From: a virus | Taxonomy: Duplodnaviria; Heunggongvirae; Uroviricota; Caudoviricetes | Length of the DNA stretch: 64,000 bases | Virus record (IMG/VR): IMGVR_UViG_3300027963_000034 | Coordinates: 58,552 to 122,551 of that record | Direction: 5' to 3' (one strand) | In this document: positions 28,808-38,419 of the stretch, in pieces | Numbering within the stretch: the stretch's first letter is position 1 | Layout: each line of letters begins with the position of its first letter | Notes under the pieces: generated by a model | Told to the model about the DNA's origin: nothing | Seen by the model: only the letters and a program-made list of their open reading frames with translations | The model's database searches: none | Translations under genes and position numbers: made by a program

Positions 28808-29110
28808 CTATGAATTTATTTTGTCAAAATCACTTAAAATTTTAGATAAGTCTCCAGGTATTCTAATTTGAATTCCAGGAGTCATATTTAAAGATGCTTC
28901 ATTTAAATTATTAGCAACTGCTATTACCCACCAATACGAAATATCACCATAATATGTTTGAGATAATAAATCTAATCTATCCGATGATTCTGTTATTAAA
29001 TAAGTGTCAGCATCGGACGGTTTTATTTTTGGGTATATAGTAGATTCCATATACTTTTTTTTAGTATCTTTTTTTTCTAAAACTTTTCTATTTTGATATC
29101 TACTTGTCAT
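28808..29110 (-). CDS. LysM-like baseplate wedge protein (T4 gp53/P2 gpX-like)
   Basis: DRLDLLS..YYGD..YWWVIA.AN...PG.QIRIP. Confidence 0.85.
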   Translation of the reverse strand: MTSRYQNRKVLEKKDTKKKYMESTIYPKIKPSDADTYLITESSDRLDLLSQTYYGDISYWWVIAVANNLNEASLNMTPGIQIRIPGDLSKILSDFDKINS

Positions 29111-29126
29111 TTATAAAATATTGATA

Positions 29127-31115
29127 TTAGTTGCCAGTTGCACCATCATTTAATTTCTTTTTTGCTATTGCAGCATCTTCTTCTGCTTTAGCTTTTGCCA
29201 GGTTTGCTTTAAAGTCTTGCCAAGTTCTTCCATTAACAAGATTATTTATAAATAATGGATTCTTATTATACGCATCCTTTCCTAACGTATATAAAGTTGT
29301 TATAGGAAATACCGCGTTTGTTAATGGATTAGTAGCAACTTTATCTAATGTTGTTAAAGTTGCACTTACTAATTTTCCTAATGATTTTGGATTTTTATTA
29401 GATTTTTTACCTGTTGGGGCTTTTGTTACTTTATTGGTGTCAGTAGATGTTTGAGTAGCTACTACCGGTGTTTCTTCTCTTTTGGTTGGTTCTTCTGGAA
29501 CAAATGTAACAGATGGTCTAGATGGATACTTGTTTTGCATTATAGTACTGGATAGTCCAAAACCCATACCATCTAAATTATAATTATATTTAACTTTACT
29601 ACCATTTTGTTGTAATTCCGCATGTGGATTTTCTATAACTTTAAAAGTTACCGAAATATCAACATTTGATGGAAATATAGTATTAACTAAAAAATTTCCC
29701 CAAAATTTTTTATCCATTCCCTTTGGTGGGGTTGATGAATCTGAAAACTCCATATTAGAATTTGTTGATGGCCAAGTTGCATCATCTGGAATATTTACAC
29801 TTAAATTTTCTACAAATCCAAATAATTTTTTAGAATAACCATGTATTGTTAATTCTAAAAATTGAGGTCTATAAAATAATTGGTCAGAAGAACCTAAACT
29901 GCCAGTTGGTGAGTTTTTATATTTTGCAATTGATATATCTGAAGAAGGGAAACATAATTGTTTTAAATATTCAATTTGTTGTTTTATTCTCCATATTTGA
30001 CCTTGGTCATGCCAATATAATTTTATATTAAATTGCAAAGTTCTTTCTACTCCATTGTATTTATATGAATTAAATGGTGAACCAATATATTTGTATGTTT
30101 CCCAATTGGGTTGAACATCTTCATTTAATCCTGATATTGTACCAGGTACAAACATTGGTTCAAATCCTAATGGATGAAATTTAACCCAAGGAATCAATGA
30201 TTCTTCTGGAACTATACCTTTTGGAAATACTCCCGCGATTAAATAATCTATCATTCTATCACTATGATGCTTATATTCTTCCGGGTCTCTTTCTTTTAAA
30301 GTTTTAATTGCACCATTTGAAGCACGAACACCATTAAACGCCATTGCATCCGCTTTCTTTAAATAATATTCTTTAAATTTAAAAAATGTTTTTGGGCCTT
30401 CTTCTCCATTATTCGTTCCCTTTTTACCACCGATTCTTCCATCCAAATTTAAATCAAACGATGCTGGGTGATACGAGGATTCAATGTATGTATCATCAAG
30501 TGTTATTTTACTTTTTCTACCCATTGACCTCCCTAGATTTAATCCTGCTTGCAATGCTTCTTGTTTTGCACTTCGTAAATCTCCTTGTATTGCAGACCTT
30601 GCAGCTCCTCCTAATATTTCAGCTCCAGGTTTAAAGACCGTTTTAACAAAATATGGTTTATTTTTTTCAATATCTTTTTCGCCTCTGGCCGCATTTTGAG
30701 GTTGTAATAGTATATTACTTATTGGTCCAGGTTTATTTTTTTCTGGAAATATAGTATCTGCTATTCTAATTCTTTGTTTTAATATCGAACCAGCTAATGC
30801 TAAAGTTTGTTTTAATACTTCGCCACCTATTGTATCTGCTTGAAATTTTTCAGTTAATATTGTTGTTCTATACGGATTTATGATGCCTCTAGTATCCATC
30901 ATCAGCCTATCCGCCTTATCAAACATATTTTGTATATCTAATGGATTTTTTAATGATTTTTTTAAAACTTTTTCTAAAGATGTATCTTTTGATTCGTATT
31001 TACCAACATCTGAATTTAAAGAATCTGTATCCGTAATAGGCAAATAAGTAGTATCGCCGTAGGCTACTACTTTATCTTTTTTTGCTCTATCTAATAATTC
31101 TAATAATGATGGCAT
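29127..31115 (-). CDS. Baseplate/tail-tube initiator-like protein
   Basis: ISGLNE...PNW....IG.....Y.Y.G.ER...F tube-like domain; lies between the tape measure and gp53-like genes. Confidence 0.6.
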   Translation of the reverse strand: MPSLLELLDRAKKDKVVAYGDTTYLPITDTDSLNSDVGKYESKDTSLEKVLKKSLKNPLDIQNMFDKADRLMMDTRGIINPYRTTILTEKFQADTIGGEVLKQTLALAGSILKQRIRIADTIFPEKNKPGPISNILLQPQNAARGEKDIEKNKPYFVKTVFKPGAEILGGAARSAIQGDLRSAKQEALQAGLNLGRSMGRKSKITLDDTYIESSYHPASFDLNLDGRIGGKKGTNNGEEGPKTFFKFKEYYLKKADAMAFNGVRASNGAIKTLKERDPEEYKHHSDRMIDYLIAGVFPKGIVPEESLIPWVKFHPLGFEPMFVPGTISGLNEDVQPNWETYKYIGSPFNSYKYNGVERTLQFNIKLYWHDQGQIWRIKQQIEYLKQLCFPSSDISIAKYKNSPTGSLGSSDQLFYRPQFLELTIHGYSKKLFGFVENLSVNIPDDATWPSTNSNMEFSDSSTPPKGMDKKFWGNFLVNTIFPSNVDISVTFKVIENPHAELQQNGSKVKYNYNLDGMGFGLSSTIMQNKYPSRPSVTFVPEEPTKREETPVVATQTSTDTNKVTKAPTGKKSNKNPKSLGKLVSATLTTLDKVATNPLTNAVFPITTLYTLGKDAYNKNPLFINNLVNGRTWQDFKANLAKAKAEEDAAIAKKKLNDGATGN

Positions 31116-31163
31116 TTAATTCTTTTGATTTTTATAATAAATATCTCTTTATAGTATTTAAAT

Positions 31164-34106
31164 CTATTTTACAACATACATAGCTCTAGTAGCCCTTACG
31201 GAATCTCTAAGTCCATCATTTATAAGTTTAGAATCTAAATAAACCTTATCACCACCACTTGCTTGTTTTGACCATGCTTCTAATAGTGAATATATTTTAA
31301 TACTCATATTTGAAGTTATTTCCGAATTCACATCCCACACCGCAGTAGCTTTAATAGAACCCGCTACCGGGCCCGTATTTACTGGTGCCGCACCAGTAGA
31401 TGCACCCGTACTAGTTGCTGCAGTTGTAACACTTGTTAATGCAGTTTTTGTCATATCGGTTATAGATTTACTAGTATCACCAATTATTTTACTATTTGTC
31501 GATTTTGACTTATTCATTGCTTCTGTTGCCTGTCTTTCAATGTCATCAATTGAAGAAATTGCTGTTTGTTTAATTTCTTGTTGTACACCAGTTGCAGTAG
31601 TTGTTACTGCGGTTTGGAATGGAGTATTAATACTATATAATCCATCTTGTACTGCTTTTTGTAAATCCGCAACATCTGAACCCAATCCACCTTCTATCAA
31701 TTTTTGAGCATTTGCAGCTGTCCATTCTGCTAATTTTTGATTTGACTCACTTCCTACTCCAATTTGGCCAACATCTTGACGATATGCACCTCTAAGATGT
31801 TCAAGTTGTCTAATACTAATTCCAGGTATAGTAGTTCCCGTTGCGTTTGAAAGTGCTTTAATTCCACCGAATGTTGCCAAATTCGCAACATTCATAAAAT
31901 CCGCACCTACACCGGCTACATAGTTACCAGTAGTTTGATAACCATTACCTCTTAATGCTTTTTTATCATATATGTCATAAGCCGCTTGGCCTAATGAAAA
32001 TATACCCGCGGCACCGGCCGCATATGCACCGGCTGTTGCTGCGCTCATTCCACCTGCTCCACCGGCTACGGAACTTACTCCTCCTCCTGAAATCATTTTC
32101 CAAGCTCCACTTAAAATTTGTGGTAAAAATGATGTTAAACCACCAATTATACCACTTAATAACATTCCAGGAAGTTCCGTTCCCAATGTTCTTAAAAACG
32201 CTAAATTAGCTTTAAGTTGTAAATAATCGTTATCAATCATTACATCATTTAATGACTTTTGATTTTGTATTTGTTGTTGTGCTATTTGAGCCTGCGCTTG
32301 TATTGATGCCGCATTCATTGCTTTTGTTTCAGCAATGTTATATTCTAAATTTAATTTTTGATTATTTGTTTGTTGAATACTCGCTTTAATGACTGCCTTT
32401 GAAGATTTATCTATTCCAGCATCTAAATCTTTTGTATTTTTAGCTATTTCTCCATATTGACTTTTTCCAACTCTTGCAATTTCTTCAAAATCCATTCCAC
32501 CCAATGCTTGTGATATTGCATCTTTACTAAAAAAATCCAATGAAGATAAATCAACGCCTCCCAATTCATCTTGTAAAGCTTTAACTGCTTCTGGTATTTG
32601 ACCGGATGCAAATTTAGCTCTTACTTCTGAAAGATTTATAGATTTTCCAAGCATTGCAGATAATTCCATTTCGGCTTTGATACTATCTTTATAGTTCAAT
32701 ACCATATTTCTACCAGCCGCTGCTATTTTATTAAAATTACCACCCATTGCTTTTACAGCAATCACTTGTTTTTGTAATTCTTTGCCAGACCTAAAATTAT
32801 ATTGTGCAATTTCTTTTGTAGAATCCGCCATATCTTTCATCACATCACCAGGATTCAATCCCATCATAATAGCCATTTGACGAGTTCCTTCCAACATATT
32901 TAATGCAGATTCAGCGTTTGAATTATCAATTATACGAAAATTAGCCGCTAAATCAGTTGCCTGGTCTGCACCTATTCCCATATATTTCGAGAATACTGCA
33001 ACTTCTTTACCTAATATTTGTGAATTAGCCGCACCTGCACCTAAATTTCCTGCAACACTTAAACTTGCCTCAGCTATATCTTTTGCACTAAAACCTGCTT
33101 TAGCTAACATATTAGCCGCTTTTGAACCCAATTGAGTTAATGCTTCACCAAAAAATGCATTTCTCATTTCTTGTTTAAAATCAGAAGCTGCGGTTTCCAT
33201 TTGTGCACTAAATTGAATACCTGCTTCTTGTATTGCAAAACTTGCAGAATTTTGTGCTTTTTTAAGTGCTATTTCATTTTCAACAATTTGGTCTTTCATA
33301 TTGAAAGATGCAACCTTACCAAAATAATCACCCAACATACCTTGTTTATATGCAAGATATGTAGCTGCACCTGCTAATGCACCAATTGCAGCTTTTATAC
33401 CGGCTCCACCATTACCCAACGATTTAAACACATTACCAATCTCACTTGCCAATGGGACAGAACCTTCCATATTACTTAGGAATGATTCCATAAATCCATC
33501 TGCTTTTTGCATATTTTTGGTAAAATCCATAGCACCATCGGAGGTAGCTTCTAATGATTTTTGTATTTGTTTTCCGGATTCAGAAGTTGCTTCAAACCCA
33601 TCAACTACTTTTGAATAATTTTTAGCAGCCGCTTCGGTATATTTATTAAATTGTTGTTCAGTAATTGCTTTATTTTTAAGCAATTTTCCTAATCTTTTTT
33701 CCTCTGAAAAGAATTTATTTTTAGCAGAATCTACTTTTTTAAGGTATTTTACTTCATTTATTGTTAAATCATTTTGCTTACCAAGTGCAGTACCTATACT
33801 TTTACTACTCGCTTTAATGGTTTCTGCAAATTTTGCAAATGTTTTAAATCCTTTATTATTTTTATCAATTCCCTGTCCAATACTTTTAACCGAATCATCA
33901 ATATTTGATACATCCTCAAACATATCTTTGGCTTCTTTTCTTGCCTCTAAAAGAGACTTAGCCATTTTTTCGGAATTTTTTGCCGCTTTATCATCAACAA
34001 TTGGTGGAGGAGCATTAGTAGGTTGTGCAGCTGGTTTAGGCGCGGCGTTTTTTAATCTATTTTTTAGATTATTATTTTTATTAGTAGGTTTTTTGCCTTT
34101 TGCCAT
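31164..34106 (-). CDS. Tail tape measure protein
   Basis: 980 aa, Ala/Gly-rich and helical with hydrophobic stretches; downstream of tube and chaperones. Confidence 0.82.
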   Translation of the reverse strand: MAKGKKPTNKNNNLKNRLKNAAPKPAAQPTNAPPPIVDDKAAKNSEKMAKSLLEARKEAKDMFEDVSNIDDSVKSIGQGIDKNNKGFKTFAKFAETIKASSKSIGTALGKQNDLTINEVKYLKKVDSAKNKFFSEEKRLGKLLKNKAITEQQFNKYTEAAAKNYSKVVDGFEATSESGKQIQKSLEATSDGAMDFTKNMQKADGFMESFLSNMEGSVPLASEIGNVFKSLGNGGAGIKAAIGALAGAATYLAYKQGMLGDYFGKVASFNMKDQIVENEIALKKAQNSASFAIQEAGIQFSAQMETAASDFKQEMRNAFFGEALTQLGSKAANMLAKAGFSAKDIAEASLSVAGNLGAGAANSQILGKEVAVFSKYMGIGADQATDLAANFRIIDNSNAESALNMLEGTRQMAIMMGLNPGDVMKDMADSTKEIAQYNFRSGKELQKQVIAVKAMGGNFNKIAAAGRNMVLNYKDSIKAEMELSAMLGKSINLSEVRAKFASGQIPEAVKALQDELGGVDLSSLDFFSKDAISQALGGMDFEEIARVGKSQYGEIAKNTKDLDAGIDKSSKAVIKASIQQTNNQKLNLEYNIAETKAMNAASIQAQAQIAQQQIQNQKSLNDVMIDNDYLQLKANLAFLRTLGTELPGMLLSGIIGGLTSFLPQILSGAWKMISGGGVSSVAGGAGGMSAATAGAYAAGAAGIFSLGQAAYDIYDKKALRGNGYQTTGNYVAGVGADFMNVANLATFGGIKALSNATGTTIPGISIRQLEHLRGAYRQDVGQIGVGSESNQKLAEWTAANAQKLIEGGLGSDVADLQKAVQDGLYSINTPFQTAVTTTATGVQQEIKQTAISSIDDIERQATEAMNKSKSTNSKIIGDTSKSITDMTKTALTSVTTAATSTGASTGAAPVNTGPVAGSIKATAVWDVNSEITSNMSIKIYSLLEAWSKQASGGDKVYLDSKLINDGLRDSVRATRAMYVVK

Positions 34107-34114
34107 TGATTAAA

Positions 34115-34345
34115 TTAGTTTAAATCGGAAAAGTCAATATCTTTGAACTTGGAATTATATTTGTTCAATTTATCAGTAGAAGCATTTATTCTAGAATTTA
34201 TATCATCAAATGCTTTCCATACATCTTCATCTGAATTTTTAATTTTATTCAAAAATGCACCTTCTTTATTTTTAGATTTTGCTGTAAAAAATAAATTAAG
34301 TAATTTAGAAAATACATTTATTTCAACTAATTTTTGCTTCGCCAT
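34115..34345 (-). CDS. Small late hypothetical protein
   Basis: 76 aa; late motif at 34359-34368. Confidence 0.6.
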   Translation of the reverse strand: MAKQKLVEINVFSKLLNLFFTAKSKNKEGAFLNKIKNSDEDVWKAFDDINSRINASTDKLNKYNSKFKDIDFSDLN

Positions 34346-34376
34346 ATTCGTGTTTGTATATAAATATAAATCAATA

Positions 34377-34602
34377 CTATTTTCGTCTAACTTTAGAACT
34401 TGCTCCTTTTGATTTATTTACTTGCTCTATTTGTTCTGATTCGGATTTTTTAACTCTAACCAATTCGTTCCAATAAAATTCTCTTAATTTAATTGACATA
34501 TAATATACGTCATTCCATGTGAAACCACCATTGGAATTATATATTAATTGAAAAATCTTTTGATGTAAAGCTATGCTATAATCAGTCGATAGGATAAAAA
34601 AA
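34377..34602 (-). CDS. Tail assembly chaperone, C-terminal (frameshift) ORF
   Basis: LH..IF.L....GGF....VY.M.I.LR.FY pattern; no good ATG; overlaps the upstream gene at a T7 run. Confidence 0.6.
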
Positions 34603-35403
34603 GTCAACCCCGAATGGGATTCTGAGAGCCTCCTCCTCACCACTAGCAGTTGTATATTTGAATGTTAGGTTCAAATCAGGAGTTATTGAATTTGCATATT
34701 TTCGAAGTGCTTTAGAATCACCTGCCAATAAACCATTTGTAACAAAATTGCTTATATGGCCGTAATCTCTAATACCATTTACTTCAACAATCTGTCTCCT
34801 ATATCTTGCAGTAATTTCACCGGATGTTTTTGTTATTTTTTCAATAGCCTCAACATCCTTACTGATTGCAATTTCATCACCATGTGATAAGAATTTAAAT
34901 TTAATAGGAGTTTTTGAAATAGGTAAAACAAATTCATATTCATTTTTTCTATTTAAAATTTCCTTATTTAATTCTTTTGTTTGTATTTGTGAAAGGTCAA
35001 TTTTAACATGAGTTGGTTCGCCTGTTTCTGGGTCATCAATCGTTACATCATATTCTGCACCAAAAGCCAACATACGAGATGCTACTAATATTGCATTCTT
35101 ATCACCTACTAAAATATCATTTATATTAACTCCAGGCTCTACTACGATAGATTCCAACATTTTATTTATATGTTCGTTTCTTCTTATTAGATTTATAGAA
35201 GTTAAAATATCTTCTTCTTTTGCAGTTAATAACTTTATTTCAATACTACCTTTTGATAAAGGATGATTTTCTGGATAACATAATCCTTCCGATGGAAGTG
35301 AAATTATCTCTGTTGCAAATGGGAATGTTTTTGGTAATGCAGTTGGATATGCAGTTGGTGTGATACCACCTCTTGTAACTTGTTGTTCAATGTTTTGTTC
35401 CAT
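34582..35403 (-). CDS. Tail/baseplate assembly chaperone (T4 gp26-like)
   Basis: LPS.G..Y, T.KEEDIL, L..GD...IL...R, terminal IPFGVDFFYP; lies between tube and tape measure. Confidence 0.75.
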   Translation of the reverse strand: MEQNIEQQVTRGGITPTAYPTALPKTFPFATEIISLPSEGLCYPENHPLSKGSIEIKLLTAKEEDILTSINLIRRNEHINKMLESIVVEPGVNINDILVGDKNAILVASRMLAFGAEYDVTIDDPETGEPTHVKIDLSQIQTKELNKEILNRKNEYEFVLPISKTPIKFKFLSHGDEIAISKDVEAIEKITKTSGEITARYRRQIVEVNGIRDYGHISNFVTNGLLAGDSKALRKYANSITPDLNLTFKYTTASGEEEALRIPFGVDFFYPID

Positions 35404-35451
35404 AATATATAACTATTGTGTTTATTATATATATTATGTTTTTAAAAAAAT

Positions 35452-35481
35452 AAAAAGGGGATAACATTTCTGCATCCCCTT
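35452..35481 (-). terminator. Intrinsic terminator after tail tube gene
   Basis: Stem AAGGGGAT/ATCCCCTT followed by a U tract on the minus strand. Confidence 0.8.
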
Positions 35482-35503
35482 CTTTTTTATAATTTGAATA
35501 TTA

Positions 35504-35995
35504 TTAGTATTCTAATATTGCGTAATCGTAAGAAATTGTTAATTCGATAGATACAGGGTCAGTTGTGTTTGACCAATCTAATTCACCGAAATTAGCTTGA
35601 GAAATAAATGCTCCAACTAATGACCATTCTTCTACAACATCACCTACTGGTCCTAATAATTGGAATGTAAGTTGTTTTTTGTAGAAAGCAGAATAACCAT
35701 CTCTACCTGTCAATGATTCGTGTGATTGTCTAATCCACTCCATTACTTGTTGTGCTCCAGATGGAACAATTGGGTCATAAAGTGTAATTGTTATATCATC
35801 CCAAGTTGATTTACCTTTAATCTTTCTCTTTACGTTTATATGGTCTAATTCAACTACTTCCGATGTGAAAGTTGGTCTACTTGCTGTTTTGATGATGTAA
35901 GATTCGATACCATCAACTGTCATAATAAATCTATTCTGAAGTTTTGGTTCAAACTCTTTGTAAAACATCTTGTCAAATCCTAATATTGTTGGCAT
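35504..35995 (-). CDS. Tail tube protein (T4 gp19-like)
   Basis: EPK..NRF, RP, GK..W..I.ITLYDP, V.EW, VEEW.L.GAF, L.I.YDYA. Confidence 0.92.
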   Translation of the reverse strand: MPTILGFDKMFYKEFEPKLQNRFIMTVDGIESYIIKTASRPTFTSEVVELDHINVKRKIKGKSTWDDITITLYDPIVPSGAQQVMEWIRQSHESLTGRDGYSAFYKKQLTFQLLGPVGDVVEEWSLVGAFISQANFGELDWSNTTDPVSIELTISYDYAILEY

Positions 35996-36020
35996 CTTTG
36001 TTTATATTTTATTGTTCTTT

Positions 36021-36030
36021 TATAAATATC
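36021..36030 (-). promoter_or_regulatory. Late-promoter-like motif GATATTTATA
   Basis: Upstream of the tube gene. Confidence 0.65.
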
Positions 36031-36041
36031 TATTTTTTAAA

Positions 36042-38348
36042 TTATCCGTTAAAACTTGCGCCAGTTGGTAAGATGTTGAAATCAATTTGAATAAATTCCG
36101 CTGTCTTTGTTGGTTGTAAGTAGATAGCTCCTTTTAAAATGTTTCTATCAATTACATCTGGTGTGTTGTTTGAATCGTCCATAATTACTTTGAAAGCGTA
36201 TAAACCTTGTCTACTTTGTATTCCACTTAAATAAGGGTTTACAATGTTTAAGAATTTAGTTCTAGTTTCTGCTGAATTTTGTTCGAATACTAAATATCTT
36301 GATGTAGATGCGATGTACTTTCTAACAGTCAATAATAATCTTCTTACGTTGATTCTATCTAATGCAGATGGTTTATCTTGTAATGTTTTTTGTCCAAATA
36401 CCACAATACCTTGTCCTGGGAATTGTACAATTGGATTTACTTTACCTTCATATAAATCATCTTTTTCAGATTGAGATAATCTATCTAATACACTAACTGC
36501 TCCTACTAATCCACCTCTATTCAAACCTGCTGGTGCGAACCATTCTCCTGCAACATTGTCGTTTGCCGCAAATACTCCAGGTAATAATACTGATGGTGGG
36601 ACTGTTATTAATTTGTTTGTGTTTAAATCAATTGTTTTAATCCAAGGATAGTAAACTGCTGCGTAGTTTGAATCAACTCCTTGTGCTTGTGTAATAGTTG
36701 CTGATAATGATGTTGTTGAGTTACCTGCATCTCCAATGAAGAATGCATCTGCTCTTTGTTCAACCATATCTAATATTGAAGTCCAAACTGAACTATGGTC
36801 AGCTCTATTAACATGCGGTGCAATTACCATATTGATATCATATTCATCAGCGTTTGATAATGCTGCAATATGTTTTTGATATGCCGCCTTACCTGCTGTT
36901 GTAGCTGGGTCTAAATCCGCTGCATTATTGTTTGGTGCAAACCCGTCAAATCCTTCTTGGAATGCTACAACAAATTGTCTTTTTGAAACATCAGTTGATA
37001 CATTTGAAGTTAAACTTAATCCGCAAATAGTATCTAATGAGAATACTGCATTTGAACCATTACCTGCAGATGCTGGAATTGGTTTCATATAGATTTTGTT
37101 ATCTTCATTGTTGTCTAAATCAATACCACTATATTTTGTAGAATCCGTTACTGAACCCGTTGAGAATGTTACTCTTGGAACCAAATTTGCGTAAGTTGTT
37201 GCAGTTACTGCTTCCGATTGTCCTGCTGCTCTTATTGGTAATTTGTATGCTGCGTGTGCAAATGGTACTGCTTGAACTGGTGCTTGTTCGTTTAAGTTTG
37301 TAATTCTAATATATTTTGAATTATTAACCCAATCTCCAATTTCTGTAATTTTACCAGTTGTTGCGTTGATTGTTCTTTTTCTATCACCAATTACTCTACT
37401 AATATAGTTTGGAGAATTAGGGTCTAAATTTACGTTTGCAAATGTTTCAATTATAGTTTTTTTCTTATCAGTATCAGAGAAACTTCTTACTACGACTGTA
37501 AATGCACCGAAATCTGTTCCGTTAATTGAACCCGCTGCTTTAACATTTGAAATACCAACTTTAATTTTTGTATTTGCTACATTTCCTGCAGTAATTGTTT
37601 CAAATTGGAAAAGGTTATATCTTTGTCCACTAATTAATTGAGATTGAATATATGGAGTCAATGCTTCACATGCTTCACTATTAAATCTTTGTTCTCCTAA
37701 AACAATTGCACTTGCACTCACATTTGCATTAAATGATGCTGTAAATGAGCCCGTTCCTAATCCATCTGCTCCCGATAATGAATATGTACTTGTATTAGCT
37801 ACAAATGCATTATTTTTAAAATACATATATGCGTACCCTTTTTTAGTACCATATGCAGATGCACCAAATGTAGCTTCTATATCATTTGAATCACTTAAAT
37901 CCAATGATGTAGTGTATACTCCAAATAAACTTCCAGATAATCCAATATCTCCACTTCCTAATGCACTTGCAGTAACATCAGAAAATCCTACTTGTACACT
38001 TGAGGTTGTATTAAATAAAACACCCAAAGATGCCGATAATGAACCACTAGATGCGATTAACATTATAGAGCCGGTTTCTATATATCCCAATTTACCAGCT
38101 ACTCTACAAATTGTTGCAGTTCCTGCTTCTCTTAAATATGATTGCACTGCTAAAGGTGTGTAATACGTGTCATCTACTGAACCAAACAATGTTTCAAATT
38201 CTGCTTGTGAATTTACGATTGTTGGGGTTAAAGGACCTTCTTTAAAAGGACCAATGAATGCTGCACCTATTTCACCTACACCTTGTTGTAAAAATGAAAG
38301 GTCGTTTTCTCTTGTGAATACGCCCGGTGATACTAATTTCTCTGCCAT
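36042..38348 (-). CDS. Contractile tail sheath protein (T4 gp18-like)
   Basis: SPGVFTRE, YYPW, WFAPAG..RG, VNPI, GQKT, RINVRRL, FEQN, NTPDVID, PTKTAEFI. Confidence 0.96.
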   Translation of the reverse strand: MAEKLVSPGVFTRENDLSFLQQGVGEIGAAFIGPFKEGPLTPTIVNSQAEFETLFGSVDDTYYTPLAVQSYLREAGTATICRVAGKLGYIETGSIMLIASSGSLSASLGVLFNTTSSVQVGFSDVTASALGSGDIGLSGSLFGVYTTSLDLSDSNDIEATFGASAYGTKKGYAYMYFKNNAFVANTSTYSLSGADGLGTGSFTASFNANVSASAIVLGEQRFNSEACEALTPYIQSQLISGQRYNLFQFETITAGNVANTKIKVGISNVKAAGSINGTDFGAFTVVVRSFSDTDKKKTIIETFANVNLDPNSPNYISRVIGDRKRTINATTGKITEIGDWVNNSKYIRITNLNEQAPVQAVPFAHAAYKLPIRAAGQSEAVTATTYANLVPRVTFSTGSVTDSTKYSGIDLDNNEDNKIYMKPIPASAGNGSNAVFSLDTICGLSLTSNVSTDVSKRQFVVAFQEGFDGFAPNNNAADLDPATTAGKAAYQKHIAALSNADEYDINMVIAPHVNRADHSSVWTSILDMVEQRADAFFIGDAGNSTTSLSATITQAQGVDSNYAAVYYPWIKTIDLNTNKLITVPPSVLLPGVFAANDNVAGEWFAPAGLNRGGLVGAVSVLDRLSQSEKDDLYEGKVNPIVQFPGQGIVVFGQKTLQDKPSALDRINVRRLLLTVRKYIASTSRYLVFEQNSAETRTKFLNIVNPYLSGIQSRQGLYAFKVIMDDSNNTPDVIDRNILKGAIYLQPTKTAEFIQIDFNILPTGASFNG

Positions 38349-38384
38349 TGTATATGCTTAATTTTAAAAATTTATAATTCTCAA

Positions 38385-38394
38385 TATAAATATA
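38385..38394 (-). promoter_or_regulatory. Late-promoter-like motif TATATTTATA
   Basis: Upstream of the sheath gene. Confidence 0.6.
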
Positions 38395-38419
38395 AAAATT
38401 TCAACCAAAACAATAAATC

